DNA of 64,000 nt from an uncultured Planctomycetia bacterium (GTDB lineage: Bacteria > Omnitrophota > Gorgyraeia > Duberdicusellales > 4484-171): assembly GCA_964483625.1 (NCBI GenBank), contig CAZABB010000004.1, positions 6,337 through 70,336 of the forward strand, read 5' to 3'. A program made the translations under genes and the position numbers. Shown piece by piece: positions 37,488 through 46,837 of this stretch. Position 1 is the stretch's first letter, and every line of letters starts with the position of its first letter. The notes beneath the pieces were generated by a model. It worked only from the letters and a program-made list of their open reading frames with translations, was not told where the DNA came from and did no database searches.

Positions 37488-38365
37488 GCCCGCGGATGGG
37501 CTTTATCATAAATCTTCTTTAAATTATCGATCGTCAGGTGTGTGTACACCTGAGTAGTCGCGATACTGGAATGGCCCAGAAGTTCCTGAACACACCGTAA
37601 ATCAGCGCCACGATTCAACAGGTGGGTCGCGAACGAATGCCGAAAGGTATGGGGAGAAATTTTTGCCTGGAGGGCGATCTTTTTGATATACTTATCCACG
37701 ATCAGCCGGAACGAACGATCACTTAACGTTCCGCCGCGTTTATTGACAAAAAGCGCCGGATTGGTATCACGGCGCGCTTTTAGATACCGGCGTAACGCCT
37801 TGATTGCCGGTTCCCCCAGAGGCAGGAGCCTTTCTTTGCGCCCTTTTCCTTTCACCTTCGCGATCCCGGAAATGAGGTCGACATATTCCTGCCGCAACCC
37901 CGCGACTTCTCCCACTCTGGCGCCGGTAGAATATAAAAATTCCAAAATCGCCTTATCGCGTAATCCCAGCACGTCGGTTTCGGTAACACTCGCCAGAACC
38001 TGCGTGATTTCCTTCTCGGTCAGAAATTTCGGCAGCGGTTTGTCGAGTTTAGGATAGATGAGGCTGGTAGCGGGATTATTCTTGGTAATACCCTCCCGTA
38101 CCAGAAATTTAAAAAAACTCTTCAATGTGGATATTTTCCGCGAAATGCTGCGTTTGGTAAGCTGGCGGGAAGTGAGAAGGCTTAAAAATTTTCTTAAAAT
38201 GAAATAATCTACCTTCTTGATATCCTGATTCTTATAATGTTCCGCCAGGAATTCGTCGAATTCCGCCAGGTCTTTTTTATAACTTCCGATTGTATGCGGG
38301 GAATAATTTTTTTCGATCTCCAGATAGGAAAGATACTTATCCCGATAATAAGAAAATGGTATCAT
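37484..38365 (-). CDS. xerC: Tyrosine recombinase XerC/XerD
   Basis: LYSTGARVGE, GKGRKER, HTFRHSFATHLL, LGHSSIATTQVY; dprA-topA-xerC synteny. Confidence 0.88.
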   Translation of the reverse strand: MIPFSYYRDKYLSYLEIEKNYSPHTIGSYKKDLAEFDEFLAEHYKNQDIKKVDYFILRKFLSLLTSRQLTKRSISRKISTLKSFFKFLVREGITKNNPATSLIYPKLDKPLPKFLTEKEITQVLASVTETDVLGLRDKAILEFLYSTGARVGEVAGLRQEYVDLISGIAKVKGKGRKERLLPLGEPAIKALRRYLKARRDTNPALFVNKRGGTLSDRSFRLIVDKYIKKIALQAKISPHTFRHSFATHLLNRGADLRCVQELLGHSSIATTQVYTHLTIDNLKKIYDKAHPRA

Positions 38366-40314
38366 TGCTTCTCTGTATCGGTTTCATCCGGCAACGTGCG
38401 GGAAGTATAGGTGCATTTAGGGTAGGCGGTACATCCGTAAAACCGCTGACCTCGTCTGTTTTTTCTTTCAATCAGTTCGCCGTCGTGACAACCGGGGCAT
38501 TCGATCCCGGTGGTAATACTTTTTGCGAACTTACAGGCCGGATATCCCGCACAGCTTAAAAACCGCCCCTTACGGGACCATTTTACCACAAGTGGCTTGC
38601 CGCATTGAGGACAAATTTCCTGGGTATATTCGACATCCTTTTGGACATTTTTACCGGCTTTATCAACCGCCTCTTTAAACGAAGGGTAAAAATCCTCAAG
38701 CACCTTGGTCCAGACCACGCTCCCTTCTTCCACCTCATCCAGTTTTTCCTCCATTTGAGCCGTAAACTGATCGTCCATGATATCGCCGAAATTCTCCAGA
38801 AGCAATTTGCAAACCTTGATCCCCAATTCGGTAGGTTCGAAATGGCCTTTTTCACGGCTGATGTAATCACGGCGAATGAGTGTGGCGATCGTCGGCGCGT
38901 ATGTCGAAGGCCGCCCGATGCCTTTCTCTTCCAGAAGTTTTACCAGAGAAGCATCATTAAAATGCGGCGGCGGTTTGGTCGTATGTTCGAGAAAATCGAG
39001 TTTTTTCGCATCGACCGGATCACCCTTACGCACATCCGGCAGGGGATTCTCTTCTTCTTTCTCCCACACCTTCTGAAACCCTTCAAACACAACCCTCCGG
39101 CCGTCGGAGGTAAACAGCGCATCTCCGGCCTTGACATACAACTTGGTCGATTCATACACCGCCGGAGCCATGAACGATGCCAAAAATCTCTTCCAGATCA
39201 ATTCGTATAGTTTGAGCAGGTCTCCCGAAAGATACCCCGTAAGCGAATCCGGATCGCGTGTGGCGTGCGTGGGACGTATCGCTTCGTGCGCTTCCTGAGC
39301 GCCTTTTTTCTTTTTGTAGGCGTATTCCTTTTTCGCCAGATAATCATCGCCGTAGATCTTTTTGATGTAGCCTTTCACTTCTTTCTTGGCCCGATCGGCG
39401 ACATTATAAGAATCCGTACGCATATACGTGATCAACCCGACCATCTGATTCTCGATCTCGATGCCTTCATATAACTTCTGGGCTAATAACATGGTCTTTT
39501 GCGAAGAAAAACGGAATTTGTAAAACGCTTCCTGCTGCAATGATGAGGTAATGAACGGAGGGAGTGGTTTCCGTTTGCTTTCTTTTTTTTCGATCTTATC
39601 GATGAGAAACTCTTTGCCTTTCAGATACTCGATTACTTCACCGGCCCCCTCCTTCTTCTCAAACGGGGACTTCTCTTTGCCGAATCTGACCAGGCGGCCT
39701 TTGAATTCATCACGCTTAGCCGCAAAGAGAGCTTCCACCCCGTAGGTGGTTTTGGGAACAAACGCCGATATTTCCTCTTCCCGCTGGACGATAAATTTAA
39801 GGGCAACCGACTGCACTCGGCCCGCCGACAACCCCCTGACAATCTTTTTCCACAACAGGGGCGAAAGCAGATACCCCACGATCCTGTCCAGTACCCGCCG
39901 TGCCGTCTGAGCCCAGACGCGGTTCATATCGAACTCACGGGGAACCTGAAACGCTTCCTGAACGGCTTCGGGAGTGATTTCGGAAAAATTTACGCGTAAG
40001 AACTTCTTCGCGTCCTTCTTCAGCTCATTCCGGATATGCCACCCGATAGCTTCGCCCTCCCGGTCCGGATCGGTCGCGACATAGATGATCTTCTTACCCT
40101 TGGCCTGCGCCCGTAACAGCGAAAGAGTTTTCTTCTTGCCCGGGATCACCTTGTACCGCGGCGTAAATCCGTTATCGACATCGACCGATAAAGACTTAGC
40201 CGGCAAATCGATCATATGCCCCATCGAAGACAGCACGGCATAATCATCGCCCAGGATCTTTGAGATCGTTTCTACTTTCGTAGGAGACTCGACAATAACC
40301 AGATATTTACTCAT
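38362..40314 (-). CDS. topA: DNA topoisomerase I
   Basis: IVESP, DPDREGEAI, SAGRVQS, ITYMRTDS, C-terminal zinc ribbons. Confidence 0.98.
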   Translation of the reverse strand: MSKYLVIVESPTKVETISKILGDDYAVLSSMGHMIDLPAKSLSVDVDNGFTPRYKVIPGKKKTLSLLRAQAKGKKIIYVATDPDREGEAIGWHIRNELKKDAKKFLRVNFSEITPEAVQEAFQVPREFDMNRVWAQTARRVLDRIVGYLLSPLLWKKIVRGLSAGRVQSVALKFIVQREEEISAFVPKTTYGVEALFAAKRDEFKGRLVRFGKEKSPFEKKEGAGEVIEYLKGKEFLIDKIEKKESKRKPLPPFITSSLQQEAFYKFRFSSQKTMLLAQKLYEGIEIENQMVGLITYMRTDSYNVADRAKKEVKGYIKKIYGDDYLAKKEYAYKKKKGAQEAHEAIRPTHATRDPDSLTGYLSGDLLKLYELIWKRFLASFMAPAVYESTKLYVKAGDALFTSDGRRVVFEGFQKVWEKEEENPLPDVRKGDPVDAKKLDFLEHTTKPPPHFNDASLVKLLEEKGIGRPSTYAPTIATLIRRDYISREKGHFEPTELGIKVCKLLLENFGDIMDDQFTAQMEEKLDEVEEGSVVWTKVLEDFYPSFKEAVDKAGKNVQKDVEYTQEICPQCGKPLVVKWSRKGRFLSCAGYPACKFAKSITTGIECPGCHDGELIERKNRRGQRFYGCTAYPKCTYTSRTLPDETDTEKQ

Positions 40315-40464
40315 AATTTTTTAAAATTCCAAGTTACAAGATACAATCACCAAATAATAACCAAATCTCAATAACCAAACAAAATACAAAGGTCTTCCGT
40401 CTTCATTGGTCATTGGAAATTGGAATTTATTTGTATCTTGCATCTTGGTTATTGGTTATTTCTT

Positions 40465-41529
40465 CTAGAGTTCTGCTTTCACGTAACATAAGGGGCGCAT
40501 TTCTCTGATCAATCCCTTGATCTGAAGCGACAGGACCGCTTCGTTTACCGCCGCGGTATTGCCTTTTTGCCTGATCAACATCTCCTCCATCGTCACCGGC
40601 TGGCTTCCCATGATATTAAAAATGCCGCGTTCGGCGTCCGACAGGACCATACGCTCGGTTCCGATTGTATCGGATCCAAAAGAGAATGTTCCGAGGATAT
40701 CTTCGAGAGAATCGATCAGTCCGGCTCCTTCTTTAATAAGCTTATGCGTACCGCGGCTTTTCGGCGAATTCGCCTGGCCCGGTAAAGCGAATACTTCCCG
40801 ATTCTGCTCCAGCGCGTACCCTGCCGTAATCAACGCCCCGCTGCGTAGAGCCGCCTCAACCACCAGTACCCCGCGACTGAGCCCGCTGACAATACGATTA
40901 CGCTGAGGGAAATATTCTTTCCGCGGCCCCTCATCCAGAGGAAATTCCGAAACAAGCGCGCCCCGGCGGCTGATCAAACGGCTGAGCTTTTCGTTTTCCT
41001 TGGGATACACGTGATTGAGCCCCGAACCCAACACGGCAATCGTCTTGCCGCCGGCAAGAGCGCCCTGGTGCGCGGCATGGTCAATCCCCCGGGCGAGCCC
41101 TGAAACCACAGTAATCCCTAATGAAGAAAGCGCGTAAGAAAACTTCTTGGCCATATCGATTCCGTATAATGTCGGCAGGCGGGTTCCCACGATTGCCAAA
41201 CAGAAACTTTTTAATATCTCAACCTCCCCCTTTACATACAGAACCAGAGGCCCGGTGGCAATCTCTTTCAACAGCGGCGGATACGCGGGAGAATCGAGAT
41301 CGATAATCTCAACGCCTGCCGTTTGAGCTTTTTCCATTTCGATTTCAGAGAACCGCTCGATTTGTCCCCGTCGCAGGCGGTCTTTTTCTCCGGCGGTAAG
41401 AAAATCGAACTCATCCCACCCCCCGGGCCGATCGACGGGAATGCTTCCGGCTCGCTCGGCGGACAGGATCTTCTGACATTTGGCAAAAGGGAGGCGGGCT
41501 TTATTGAGTAAAAGCAATAATTTTTTCAC
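40465..41529 (-). CDS. dprA: DNA-processing protein DprA
   Basis: AIVGTR, VSGLARGID, FPQRNRIVSGLS, SGALITA. Confidence 0.95.
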   Translation of the reverse strand: MKKLLLLLNKARLPFAKCQKILSAERAGSIPVDRPGGWDEFDFLTAGEKDRLRRGQIERFSEIEMEKAQTAGVEIIDLDSPAYPPLLKEIATGPLVLYVKGEVEILKSFCLAIVGTRLPTLYGIDMAKKFSYALSSLGITVVSGLARGIDHAAHQGALAGGKTIAVLGSGLNHVYPKENEKLSRLISRRGALVSEFPLDEGPRKEYFPQRNRIVSGLSRGVLVVEAALRSGALITAGYALEQNREVFALPGQANSPKSRGTHKLIKEGAGLIDSLEDILGTFSFGSDTIGTERMVLSDAERGIFNIMGSQPVTMEEMLIRQKGNTAAVNEAVLSLQIKGLIREMRPLCYVKAEL

Positions 41530-42041
41530 GCCGGGATAATCTCCCTGATTTTAGCGACGACCTCACGGATGCTGAGCTTTGAGGTATCAATCGAATAATG
41601 CGCCTGGGCGTACAGGTGAGCCCGGGCCCGCATGAGTTCTGAAATCTTCCTTTGCGGGTCGGGAACATTGAGGAGCGGACGATTCTTACATGATTTCGTC
41701 CGCTGGTAAATGATGTCCGCCTCAGCCGTCAGGCAGATCATTATCCCGCTTTGCTTTAACAGTTCCCGGTTTTTCTCAGCAATAATGACACCCCCGCCGC
41801 AGGAAACCACAAGATGATCCTGTCCCGCCAGGCGTTCAAGAACTTCGGTTTCTTTCCGGCGGAAATAAGATTCACCCTCTTGAGCAAAAATATCATTAAT
41901 AGTTCTTTTCTCTAATTTCTCGATCTCTTCATCCATTTCCCGGAAACAGCGGTTAAGCTCCCCGGCGAGCATTTTCCCCACCGTGGTCTTTCCCGTACCC
42001 ATAAATCCCGTTAAATATATATTTTTATTTATTCCATTCAT
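41526..42041 (-). CDS. aroK: Shikimate kinase
   Basis: GFMGTGKTT, GESYFR..E, GGG, RPLL. Confidence 0.95.
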   Translation of the reverse strand: MNGINKNIYLTGFMGTGKTTVGKMLAGELNRCFREMDEEIEKLEKRTINDIFAQEGESYFRRKETEVLERLAGQDHLVVSCGGGVIIAEKNRELLKQSGIMICLTAEADIIYQRTKSCKNRPLLNVPDPQRKISELMRARAHLYAQAHYSIDTSKLSIREVVAKIREIIPA

Positions 42042-42207
42042 TACTTCAAAATGTATCCTACATTCGCCCTTTTGTCAAGCAAGCTATTGTTTGGCGCGAT
42101 ATGAGTCGACCCGTTCACCCGTGCTCCCGCTTACCCGTTTAAGAAAACGAAATAACGGACAAACGAGCCGACGGATCAACCATCCTATGCCCAAAGGCTG
42201 AATATCG

Positions 42208-42239
42208 AAAAAAAACCCCGGGGTTTCCCCGGGGTTTTT
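42208..42239 (-). terminator. Intrinsic terminator downstream of acyl-CoA dehydrogenase (possibly bidirectional)
   Basis: AAAAACCCCGGGG-TTT-CCCCGGGGTTTTT perfect hairpin with T8 tail on the minus strand. Confidence 0.85.
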
Positions 42240-42263
42240 CTGTGCGTTATAACTGCTGTTCAA

Positions 42264-43427
42264 TTATTTCGTATATTTCTTGATCAGATTCAGCGCGATA
42301 ATGTTTTTCTGTATCTGATTTGTCCCCTCATAAATCTGGGTTATTTTGGCATCACGCATGAATTTTTCTACCGGATAATCACGCATGTACCCGAACCCGC
42401 CGTAGATCTGAACCGCGTCAGTCGTTACCTCCATGGCAATATCGGAAGCGTACAACTTGGCCATGGCGCTTGCGGCCCCCACGTCTTTTGTTATCCCGCG
42501 ATCGACCATCGCCGCGGTCGTATATACCAGACTCCGCGCCGCTTCCACTTTCGTCGCCATATCGGCCAGCATCCACTGAATACCCTGAAATGAAGTGATC
42601 GGCTTGCCGAACTGGACCCGCTGGTGAGCGTAGGTCGTGGCAAGTTCAAGCGCCCCTTGCGCGATACCGACAGCCTGCGCGGCAACGCCGGGTCGTGACT
42701 GGTCAAATGTCTTCATCGTCGCAATAAAACCCAGGCCTTCCTTGCCGCCCAGAAGACATTCTTTCGAGACTTCAACATCGTTAAAAATCAGCTCACCCGT
42801 CGATGAAGCTCTAATCCCCAGCTTCTCTTCTTTTTTCCCGAACGTAAACCCCTCCTGCCCTTTCTCCACGATAAAGGCCGAGATTCCCCGGGGCCCCTTC
42901 GCTTTATTGGTCACGGCAATAATGGTATAAATCTCGGCGTCGCCGCCGTTGGTAATGAAGTGTTTGGTCCCGTTCAATATGTATTTGTCGCCCTGCTTCT
43001 TCGCGGTCGTCTTAACCGCGGAAGCGTCCGAACCGGCTTCCGGCTCAGTCAATCCGAACGCGGCCAGTTTCTTCCCTGAAGCGATATCGGGAAGATACTT
43101 TTTCTTCTGCTGGTCGGTCCCATACAAAAGGATCGGGAACATTCCCAGGTAAGACGCCGCGTATGAAGTCGCAACGCCTCCGTCGACGCGGGAAATTTCC
43201 TCGGTCGCGATCACGAGATCCATCAGCCCCCCCCCCATACCTCCGTACTGTTCGGGAATACACAGAGAAAAAAGATCGGACTGGGCCATCACTTTAATGA
43301 TTTCCCAGGGAAATTCTTCTTTTTCATCAAGTTCGCGTGAAACCGGACGGATCTTCTCCTCGGCGATCTGACGGCATAAATCACGCAGCATTTTCTGTTC
43401 CTCAGTAAAACCATAATCTACGAACAT
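42264..43427 (-). CDS. Acyl-CoA (butyryl-CoA-type) dehydrogenase
   Basis: FGLTEPEAGSD, NGTKHFITNG, R.QFGKPI, QIYGGFGY, IYEGTNQIQ; RBS AAGGAGG. Confidence 0.93.
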   Translation of the reverse strand: MFVDYGFTEEQKMLRDLCRQIAEEKIRPVSRELDEKEEFPWEIIKVMAQSDLFSLCIPEQYGGMGGGLMDLVIATEEISRVDGGVATSYAASYLGMFPILLYGTDQQKKKYLPDIASGKKLAAFGLTEPEAGSDASAVKTTAKKQGDKYILNGTKHFITNGGDAEIYTIIAVTNKAKGPRGISAFIVEKGQEGFTFGKKEEKLGIRASSTGELIFNDVEVSKECLLGGKEGLGFIATMKTFDQSRPGVAAQAVGIAQGALELATTYAHQRVQFGKPITSFQGIQWMLADMATKVEAARSLVYTTAAMVDRGITKDVGAASAMAKLYASDIAMEVTTDAVQIYGGFGYMRDYPVEKFMRDAKITQIYEGTNQIQKNIIALNLIKKYTK

Positions 43428-43439
43428 TGGATTCCTCCT

Positions 43440-43660
43440 TTCAATGAACACGTGACTTACGGAACGAGCGAAGCGAGTGAACATACGTCACGCGTGTGAA
43501 TTGAACCCCGCCCTCTAAGCTGACTTGCAAAGCAGAGGTTCAAATTATCAAACTCCCATGGTTCTTACCACCGCCGGCCCTGAGAATAACATGCGGCATA
43601 GAGGGCGGGGTTAAGTTCGACCATGTGATCCTGATTGTTATCGGGATCACGGTCTCATTT
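43440..43660. repeat. Structured REP/MITE-like element, copy 1
   Basis: CCCCGCCCTCTA...TAGAGGGCGGGG inverted core with flanking AAT-GA-stem-GA-A(T/C)T hairpins; shared with 56686-56846. Confidence 0.75.
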
Positions 43661-44113
43661 AATCTTCAACACCAGCGCCGTTTCCCGGCACTGATTGGGA
43701 AAATCAACGCAATGAATACATTCGTTCCATATCTTATGAGGCAGCTTATTCTTATTGATCTTCTTAAACCCCAGTTTTCTAAAGAACTCATCGACGTAGG
43801 TAAGCGTAAAAACATTTTTCACGCCAAGCTCTTTTGCCTCGGAGACACAGGCTGTAACCAGTTTTTTCCCAATGCCGCGTCTATGCCTGGTTTTACGGAC
43901 AACCAGCGATTTCACCTCCGCCAGATCATCCCATCCCACGATATGCAGGGCGCAGGCACCGAGGATAGTGTCTCTCTCCTGGTACACCCAGAAATCACGG
44001 ATATGTTCGAAGATATAATTCAGCGGGCGATTTAAAACTTTGCCTTCTTTTGTCCAGAAAGCGATCAGTTTCTGGATTTTCCTGGCGTCGGCGATTCGCG
44101 CTTTCCTCAACAT
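43655..44113 (-). CDS. GNAT N-acetyltransferase, short ArgA-type amino-acid acetyltransferase
   Basis: LAEVKSL.V, GIGKKLV, FTLTY, LPHKIWNECIHC..F..C.E pattern. Confidence 0.8.
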   Translation of the reverse strand: MLRKARIADARKIQKLIAFWTKEGKVLNRPLNYIFEHIRDFWVYQERDTILGACALHIVGWDDLAEVKSLVVRKTRHRRGIGKKLVTACVSEAKELGVKNVFTLTYVDEFFRKLGFKKINKNKLPHKIWNECIHCVDFPNQCRETALVLKIK

Positions 44114-44154
44114 AGGGTTATATAATTCGAACGGATTTAAGGATTTCAAACATC

Positions 44155-44718
44155 TTAGAAAAACGAGGCGACCCCGGCCAGCACCATATCCACATCGATC
44201 CCTTTATTCGGTTGATCAAAGCCCGCGTTCGACAGGTGACGCCGGCGGTATTCAACGGTCACAGCTTTCTTCTCGTTGAAGAACCAGTGAAATCCCATCC
44301 CGACCTGCGGCGTAAAATTAAACTGAGTTCCCTGCTCCCGTGTCGGCATGGTCATATAAATCATCCCGGCCCCGCCTTTTAGATACACTTTGAATTTCTC
44401 TCCCCACGGAAAGGTATATTTCATCAGAAAATTGGTAAAAATCTCGGCGTTTGCTTCCGGGTCAAACACGATCGTCACTCCCGGTTCGACGACAAAATCC
44501 AGCTGTCCTTTCAGATCGAGCGAAAACTTCTCCTGAACCGGGGTGGAATCGAAATTAAACGCGACCAGAAACGGCATCCCGTTTAAGGAACCCTTTTCTT
44601 TGACCTTCCCGTTTATCCAGCCGGAAAGGAACTCGGTCCCGCGTACGGATAAAGATGCCGCGGGCAGGTGGAAAACAAACAAAGAACAACAAAACAGCAA
44701 AATTGCTCTTCTTTTCAT
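44155..44718 (-). CDS. Acyloxyacyl hydrolase / PagL-like lipid A deacylase (outer-membrane beta-barrel)
   Basis: Signal peptide, FNF..Q.G.G, HLSNAG catalytic motif, terminal Phe. Confidence 0.8.
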   Translation of the reverse strand: MKRRAILLFCCSLFVFHLPAASLSVRGTEFLSGWINGKVKEKGSLNGMPFLVAFNFDSTPVQEKFSLDLKGQLDFVVEPGVTIVFDPEANAEIFTNFLMKYTFPWGEKFKVYLKGGAGMIYMTMPTREQGTQFNFTPQVGMGFHWFFNEKKAVTVEYRRRHLSNAGFDQPNKGIDVDMVLAGVASFF

Positions 44719-44905
44719 TATCCTCCCTCTTTTTGTCGTCTAAAAGATACTTTATATGATGTAGAGATAATTTTAAATGGTCGAAAGCACTGTGTCAAAT
44801 ATTTTATGGAATTGCGGCAAAATGCCGCAAGTACCATCTTATTCGTTTTTAATCATTGTAATCACATTGTGCACCTCATCCGTGTAATCCCTACGTAAAA
44901 AAGGC

Positions 44906-44934
44906 TTGACAGGTAATACATAAATAAGTATATT
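44906..44934 (+). promoter_or_regulatory. Sigma70 promoter of rpmB (TTGACA-17-TATATT)
   Basis: Consensus -35 and near-consensus -10; ATG follows after 7 intervening nt. Confidence 0.75.
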
Positions 44935-44941
44935 ACTGCCT

Positions 44942-45181
44942 ATGGCACGTAAATGTGAAATATGCGGAAAAACAGCGATGTCCGGCAATTCGGTCACGCG
45001 GCGTGGTATGGCAAAAAGCAAGGGTGGTGTCGGTAAAAAGACGACCGGCATTACCAAGCGCAGGTTTCTGCCTAATCTCCAGCCTAAACGTATCCTCGTC
45101 AACGGGAAAATCAAGAAAACGCTTGTCTGCGCCAAATGCCTGAAGAAAGGCAAAATCAGCCTTCCCTCCCGTTCAGCTTAA
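44942..45181 (+). CDS. rpmB: 50S ribosomal protein L28 (Zn-ribbon form)
   Basis: MARKCEICGK...GN..TKRRFLPNLQ...VCAKCLK. Confidence 0.95.
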   Translation: MARKCEICGKTAMSGNSVTRRGMAKSKGGVGKKTTGITKRRFLPNLQPKRILVNGKIKKTLVCAKCLKKGKISLPSRSA

Positions 45182-46837
45182 ACGCACATCTTTTAATACC
45201 AGCCGAAAACTGTTGTGATAATGGTTTCTTTCTAAAGAGTAGACGATATCCAGAGGCTTACCGTAATTGACCAGGTCCAAAAACCCGTTCCTCTGATAGA
45301 ATATCGCTTCATAGGTAAGTTCTGAATCGGTAAGCCATACCGAATACATCGTATAGCGTGATTTCTGCGCCGGAGTTTTGGGGATGACACCCCGGGTTAC
45401 GAATAAAGGAGGACGGTTTTCCTCTCCGAACGGACTTAACCGCTCCAGGTCAGCGAGGAACTCGGATGTGATATCGTCAAACCGCAACGGCGCGTCCACC
45501 TGCAGCTGAGGCCGCAGATCATTCTGTTTCGAATATTCCTTGAGCACTTCGTTGATCTTTTTACGAAACGGCTCGATATGAGATTCCAGGATCTCTATCC
45601 CGGCGGCTTTTTTATGCCCGCCGTAGGCCATAAGATAATCCTGACATTCGCCCAGCGCGTCCATGATATGAAATCCGGCAATCGAACGAGCCGACCCTTT
45701 CCCCCGATTATGCTCACATCCGATCACAAACGCCGGCCTGCCGTACTTATCGGCGAGTTTTGAGGCGACGATCCCCAGAACACCCTGATGCCAGCCTTCT
45801 GAGGCCAGGACGAGAACATCATCCTGTTTAAACTCTTTCTCGATCAACGCTTCGGCTTCCTTGTAAATATCACTTTCGATACTGCGCCGCCGGGTATTGT
45901 ACTGGTTCATTTTTTGAGCGATTTCACGAATCACCTCGGTATCTTCGGTCAAAAACAGATCCAGCACCTCATGCGCTGAGGCGATACGCCCGCAGGCATT
46001 GATCCGGGGACCGAGGATGAATCCCAGGTGGTACGGTTTAATATTTTCCGGCTTGATCTTCGTAGTTTTACAGAGAATGTTCAGTGCCAAACGGCCGTTT
46101 TCTCTCAGAATCCGCAAGCCTTCTTTCAGGAATATTCTGTTCTCACTCTTTATGGGAGCTACATCGCAGACGACCGAAAGCGCGACCAGATCAAGCAGCT
46201 CGAAACAATCCCGGCCCGATAACGCCTGGACGAACTTAAACACGATCCCGCCGGATGAAAGCTCGTTGAAAGGATAATCACAATCGTACCGCTTGGGATT
46301 GATGAAGGCATACGGCGGATAGTATTCTTTTTTCGGTGTATGATGATCCAGCACGATGACATCGATCCCTGCCTCGCGAGCGTATTTCAGCTCTTGGTCC
46401 GCCCCGGTTCCGCAGTCAACGCATATCATCAACGTACACCCCTTCTCTTTCGCCTCATCGATAGCCCCGGTATTCAGACCGTATCCTTCCTCGACCCGGT
46501 GCGGAATATAAAATTCCGGATGAACCGGTGTATGCTTTAAATATTCATGCAGGATGACCAGAGACGTAACGCCGTCGACATCATAATCTCCAAAGAGAAA
46601 GATACGTTCTCCTTCACCAATCGCCCGGCGCAGCCGTTCGACTCCCCGGTGCATATCGGACAAAAGATAGGGAGAATAGAGATCGTCCAAAGAAGGATGC
46701 AGAAACGAATGAAACTCCTCAGGCTTGACTCCGCGGGACAAAAGGATATGGACAAGAATCGGGTTCAGGTTATACGCATCACCCAGGGGGTGGGCTTCCG
46801 GATGCAGCTGATCGATGAGCCACGTCGTAAGAGCCAT
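45173..46837 (-). CDS. recJ: ssDNA exonuclease RecJ
   Basis: GDYDVDG, EGYGL, DCG, DHH, PRINACGR, GSARS, GGHKKAAG, PFGEEN. Confidence 0.96.
   Translation of the reverse strand: MALTTWLIDQLHPEAHPLGDAYNLNPILVHILLSRGVKPEEFHSFLHPSLDDLYSPYLLSDMHRGVERLRRAIGEGERIFLFGDYDVDGVTSLVILHEYLKHTPVHPEFYIPHRVEEGYGLNTGAIDEAKEKGCTLMICVDCGTGADQELKYAREAGIDVIVLDHHTPKKEYYPPYAFINPKRYDCDYPFNELSSGGIVFKFVQALSGRDCFELLDLVALSVVCDVAPIKSENRIFLKEGLRILRENGRLALNILCKTTKIKPENIKPYHLGFILGPRINACGRIASAHEVLDLFLTEDTEVIREIAQKMNQYNTRRRSIESDIYKEAEALIEKEFKQDDVLVLASEGWHQGVLGIVASKLADKYGRPAFVIGCEHNRGKGSARSIAGFHIMDALGECQDYLMAYGGHKKAAGIEILESHIEPFRKKINEVLKEYSKQNDLRPQLQVDAPLRFDDITSEFLADLERLSPFGEENRPPLFVTRGVIPKTPAQKSRYTMYSVWLTDSELTYEAIFYQRNGFLDLVNYGKPLDIVYSLERNHYHNSFRLVLKDVRLS

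Noticed and set aside
37484-38365. Tyrosine recombinase as the integrase of a mobile element
   Set aside because: It sits in the conserved dprA-topA-xerC housekeeping context, overlaps its neighbours, and has no att sites or cargo.
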